DNA of 63,820 bases, filler included. It is 6 parts of 6 records of this genome, joined end to end, with 100 filler letters (N's around TTAATTAATTAA, not from the genome) between each part and the next. Parts side by side here need not be neighbours in the genome. Positions count along the whole stretch, not along the records: positions 52,530 to 63,820 come from SRR20825019_2752; 5 more parts are not named here. One strand, given 5' to 3'. A program made the translations under genes and the position numbers. The notes under the pieces were generated by a model that had not been told where the DNA came from, did not search any database, and was given only the letters and a program-made list of their open reading frames with translations. Below, piece after piece: positions 60,074 through 63,820 of this stretch (the stretch's first letter is position 1; each line of letters starts with the position of its first letter).

Positions 60074-61672
60074 ATGGCCATGCTTCGTAAGGTTGTCCCC
60101 CTTGATGGGTGCTCGTTGACCCCCGACGATCTACTCCTCCTTGGAGAGATCCCCTCACTCAAGATTGAGGTAACCCCTGAGGCTTGGGTCCGTGTCGGAA
60201 AGGCCCGTGATGTCATCGATGATATTATCAAGAGCGGTAAGATCGTCTACGGTATCAACACCGGATTTGGTAAGTTCGAGTCCACCGTCATCTCCCCCAA
60301 TCAAGTTGTGGAGCTGCAGTACAACCTCATCCGCTCCCACTGCGCCGGTGTAGGAGAGCCCCTCAACTCGGTCCGTGCCCGCATGATGTTCGCCCTGCGT
60401 ATCAACATCCTCTCCAAGGGACACAGCGGTATTAACCCCGAGAACCTTCGCCGTCTAATCGCCGCCTACAATGCCGGTGTTGTCCCCTACATTCCCGTCA
60501 AGGGTACCGTGGGTGCCAGTGGAGACCTTGCACCCCTATCCCACCTTGCCCTCGGTATGATCGGGGAGGGCAAGCTATCCACCGTAACCAACCCCACCCT
60601 GCGCCCTGCCGCCGATGTCCTGCGTGATGCCGGCGTCAAGCCCATCCAGCTCGGCGCCAAGGAGGGTCTTGCCCTCATCAACGGAACTCAGTTCATCACC
60701 AGCCTGACATGTGAGGCCCTAGTACGTGCCCGCCGCGCTACCCGTCTTGCTGACGTTATTGCGGCCATGTCCTACGAGTCCCTCATGTCCTCCGTCGGAC
60801 CCCTCAATCCTGATATCCACAACGCCCGTGGTCACCAGGGCCAGATCAACTCCGCCACCCGCCTTCGCAGCCTTCTTCACAACAAGACCCACCGCTCCGA
60901 AATCGCTGAGGCCCATGTCAACTGCAGTCGTGTTCAGGACGCCTACTCCATCCGTTGCGCCCCCCAGGTGCACGGAGTTACTGGCGACATCATCCACTTC
61001 TTGTACAAGCTCATCACCCAGGAGCTCAACTGTGCCACTGACAACCCTCTCATCTTCCCCGACTCGGAGATTAAGATCGTATCTGGCGGTAACTTCCACG
61101 GTGAGTACCCCGCCAAGGCCGCCGATATCCTTGCCATTGGTGTCTCTGAGTTGGCATCCATCAGCGAACGCCGAATTGAGCGTCTTAACAACCCCTCCCT
61201 CAGCCGCCTGCCCGCCTTCCTCGTCAAGAACGGTGGTCTCCACTCCGGCTTCATGATTGCTCACTGCACTGCTGCCGCCCTCGTCTCTGAGAACAAGGTC
61301 CTAGTGCACCCCGCATCCTGTGACAGCATCTCTACCTCTGCCGCCCAGGAGGACCACGTCTCCATGGGTGGATTCGCTGCCCGTAAGTCCCTCGAGGTCG
61401 TCGAGAATGTTGAGCGTGTCTTGGCCATTGAGCTGATGTGTGCCTGCCAGGGACTAGACCTCCTTCGCCCCCTGAAGACCACCCCCGCCCTTGAGAAGCT
61501 ATGGACCGAGGTGCGCAAGGTATCGCCTGCCTGGGATGGTGACCGTGATGTGTCCACCTGCATGAACCACATCCACACCCAAGTACGCGATGGCTCCCTG
61601 TGGCGTGCCGTACGTGACTACATCCCCATCGACGTGCAGCTGGGTGCCAAGACCGTCATGTCCAAGATGTGA
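60074..61672 (+). CDS. hutH: Histidine ammonia-lyase
   Basis: VYGINTGFG, LIRSH, GTVGASGDL (ASG MIO triad), KEGLALINGT, VQDAYSIRC, SGGNFHG, QEDHVSMG; ends SKM. Confidence 0.96.
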   Translation: MAMLRKVVPLDGCSLTPDDLLLLGEIPSLKIEVTPEAWVRVGKARDVIDDIIKSGKIVYGINTGFGKFESTVISPNQVVELQYNLIRSHCAGVGEPLNSVRARMMFALRINILSKGHSGINPENLRRLIAAYNAGVVPYIPVKGTVGASGDLAPLSHLALGMIGEGKLSTVTNPTLRPAADVLRDAGVKPIQLGAKEGLALINGTQFITSLTCEALVRARRATRLADVIAAMSYESLMSSVGPLNPDIHNARGHQGQINSATRLRSLLHNKTHRSEIAEAHVNCSRVQDAYSIRCAPQVHGVTGDIIHFLYKLITQELNCATDNPLIFPDSEIKIVSGGNFHGEYPAKAADILAIGVSELASISERRIERLNNPSLSRLPAFLVKNGGLHSGFMIAHCTAAALVSENKVLVHPASCDSISTSAAQEDHVSMGGFAARKSLEVVENVERVLAIELMCACQGLDLLRPLKTTPALEKLWTEVRKVSPAWDGDRDVSTCMNHIHTQVRDGSLWRAVRDYIPIDVQLGAKTVMSKM

Positions 61673-61987
61673 GAAACACTACGAATCCAAGTCAACACTA
61701 CTGCCAAACCATCCACACACGTAACCTAATTTCACTGCCAGGACCCAAACTAACCAACATGCCTACACTTCTAAAGTGGAGCTTAATCCGATGGCCCTTA
61801 ACTGGATAACAAAGGGCCCCTTGTTGGACCTCTGCTTTGCATTACAGACTAAAAACTATATAAAATGGCCATGTTCTCGAATTTATTTGTTAATCTACGT
61901 TTGGCTGTTACTGATTAAATTGACTACATTTGCGTTTTTTTTCTTTCCCTTCATTTTTTCTTTTCCTACTTCAAAGTCTTAAAAGAT

Positions 61988-62719
61988 ATGCCCTACGTGA
62001 GCGATCTTATTCTATTAAACACCTTCACGGAGCCCTTCTCGGCCATATCTCGTACCAATGACCGCCTCCTAAGATCAGACTACGAGCCCATGCTATCACC
62101 CATCCGCTCCATGGTCATAATGACCCTCGTACCCTGGCTCTGCTACCCCCTCTCTGCCATTAACCTCTATGGCTACATGAGATGTCTCTACACCTTCCAG
62201 CTACCCAAATCCCTAACCCAGAAGGAAACCTTTGATACGGACGCTCCCAAGGAGTATGCAGTAATGAGACGTAACTTCGATGCCCGGAGGAAGAAGATGG
62301 TGGAGACATATGTAGCTCCCGATGAGGACAAGGTACAGTATGCCCTCTCAGTGGTGAAGGATAAGAGGAATGAATACATTGACGACCCCTCCACCCCACA
62401 CACAGCATACCTAGTGCAGGAGCGGCTTACCCTTAAATACGACTCTATTTTCGGATCGGAGGATACGGCCTGGGGGATGTTCTCGGACGCCTGTAGGTTC
62501 CTGCTCCCCGCCATGATGGGGTATGTGTTCCATCCCGCCGCTCAGCGGTTTAAGGTGGATATGCTGCTCGTGTTCCAGCGCCGTCTGAGGTGGAATGAGG
62601 TACGGCATCCCGTGTCTAACTTCTTCCGCACCGTAAAAGAATACGAGGAGGTGAAGCATCGTGTCAATCGGGTAACCCCAGTTCCCAAGGATGCCCGCCC
62701 TTGGCACTACAAACTCTAG
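61988..62719 (+). CDS. Hypothetical protein (243 aa, one or two hydrophobic segments)
   Basis: Same strand and spacing as neighbours; preceded by a polypyrimidine tract. Confidence 0.7.
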   Translation: MPYVSDLILLNTFTEPFSAISRTNDRLLRSDYEPMLSPIRSMVIMTLVPWLCYPLSAINLYGYMRCLYTFQLPKSLTQKETFDTDAPKEYAVMRRNFDARRKKMVETYVAPDEDKVQYALSVVKDKRNEYIDDPSTPHTAYLVQERLTLKYDSIFGSEDTAWGMFSDACRFLLPAMMGYVFHPAAQRFKVDMLLVFQRRLRWNEVRHPVSNFFRTVKEYEEVKHRVNRVTPVPKDARPWHYKL

Positions 62720-62929
62720 TAACAACAACAACAACCATTGTAATATTCAATATTTAACTTTGTGTCTGTCATTTCGTGGATGATGATCACTTTTACGCTG
62801 CTGTCATGTTCTGTTACCCTCCTCTATGTGTATGTTACAACCAAAGCACTAGAACTCTTTAAACTTAGATTACACAACCATCCATCTACCCCTCTCTCTA
62901 CCCTCTCAACAAATATATCTCTAACTCAA

Positions 62930-63820
62930 ATGCTTCTATTGTGGTTGTCCCTTTTGCTACTACTAGGATCCACAACCGTGGACACATCCCATGCAGCAGG
63001 TGTGCCGACGGGCAATGTCTCCATATTCGGACCCAGTGAGGTGGAGCTGTCACTCTACAGCCCTGACATCTACTTCACCATCAACACCACCTTCATCCTA
63101 GGCGTTAACGACACGGTTAATGATACTGTAGTGGAGACTGTAAATGTCACCTTGTACGTAATCAATCAAACATTTGCTGTTACCGTCATTACCAACACGA
63201 GTGAGACGGTAGTTAGAATACCCATACTGGACACAAACTACCTTATGAGTGTCAGTAAGTTTACCCTCCAGGTCGAAACCAATGCCCTCCTCAATACCTC
63301 CTCGACTATCAACGTCACAATCGTCAAGGTCCCCATTATATTTACGGTGCCGACTACCTTCTACATCAACGCCGAGGTATACCCAGTACTAGTGGAGCTA
63401 CCCCCCGCTCTCGCCGCCATGCAGCGCCGTACCCTAGTGGTACAGAAGGTAATTGAGAGCACCCCACCGATCGCCATCACCCCATCGTCCCTCATATACA
63501 ACAACGGGGAGCTGGGACGTCAACAATATTTCAACTTTAGTGGGGATAGTATCACATACAACTATGAAGCCCAAGTGGTCATCTCGGGAAATGCTACCCT
63601 ATTCGTTTACATAAACAATGTGAGCGGACTGTACGTTGAAAATCAGACCAAAATGACTGTCAACATCGTCCCCCAACAAAAGTACTTTATTGGCAGTATT
63701 GTGGAGTTGGATGTATCGGTACTGTGGCTGCCCAATGTAGCCTCAGGTAATCTGTATGTTGGGGCAGTGGAGACGGCCAGTGTGACCACACAATCGATGG
63801 GACAGCTCAACAGTACAACC
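62930..63820 (+). CDS. Secreted or surface glycoprotein, 3'-partial, absent from the ORF track
   Basis: Hand translation open for 297 codons to the window end; signal peptide MLLLWLSLLLLLGS; 14 N-X-S/T sequons; Val/Thr-rich beta character. Confidence 0.8.
   Translation, partial: MLLLWLSLLLLLGSTTVDTSHAAGVPTGNVSIFGPSEVELSLYSPDIYFTINTTFILGVNDTVNDTVVETVNVTLYVINQTFAVTVITNTSETVVRIPILDTNYLMSVSKFTLQVETNALLNTSSTINVTIVKVPIIFTVPTTFYINAEVYPVLVELPPALAAMQRRTLVVQKVIESTPPIAITPSSLIYNNGELGRQQYFNFSGDSITYNYEAQVVISGNATLFVYINNVSGLYVENQTKMTVNIVPQQKYFIGSIVELDVSVLWLPNVASGNLYVGAVETASVTTQSMGQLNSTT

Noticed and set aside
62722-62736. (AAC)5 microsatellite
   Set aside because: Short simple repeat in a eukaryotic 3' UTR; unremarkable

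Overview
The window is not one locus. It is six unrelated contigs joined by artificial 100-nt spacers (N-run, TTAATTAATTAA, N-run) at 7920-8019, 16954-17053, 32827-32926, 39646-39745 and 52430-52529. (1) 1-7919: Rhizobiales-like core genes (dapD, dapE, arsH/arsC, truA, fmt, def, rmuC, start of a ribokinase). (2) 8020-16953: alphaproteobacterial surface-protein locus with two convergent autotransporter-like adhesins and a DUF805/DUF3592 membrane operon. (3) 17054-32826: uvrC-pgsA-mobB-moeA-moaD-moaE, cidA/lrgB, two DMT paralogs, a LysR/SDR cassette and norB-norQ-norD plus nnrT-like genes. (4) 32927-39645: nagZ-scpA-scpB-ABC-tatABC-serS-surE, where SerRS carries an AT-rich in-frame insertion of about 75 aa. 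(5) 39746-52429: an integrative mobilizable defence island next to a tRNA-Met 3' end. It carries a pRiA4b-ORF3 protein, an AbiE type IV TA pair, a tyrosine integrase, an apparently intact attP built on a tRNA-Leu(TAA) 3' half, a Dsr1-like sirtuin, an Xis-like HTH, a candidate oriT, a VirD4-like coupling protein and a relaxase with a BID-like region. (6) 52530-63820: intronless, co-directional eukaryotic genes of a kinetoplastid. The best leads are the two-att defence element, the SerRS insertion and the uncharacterised envelope operon. All family assignments come from motif recognition by eye; no searches were run.
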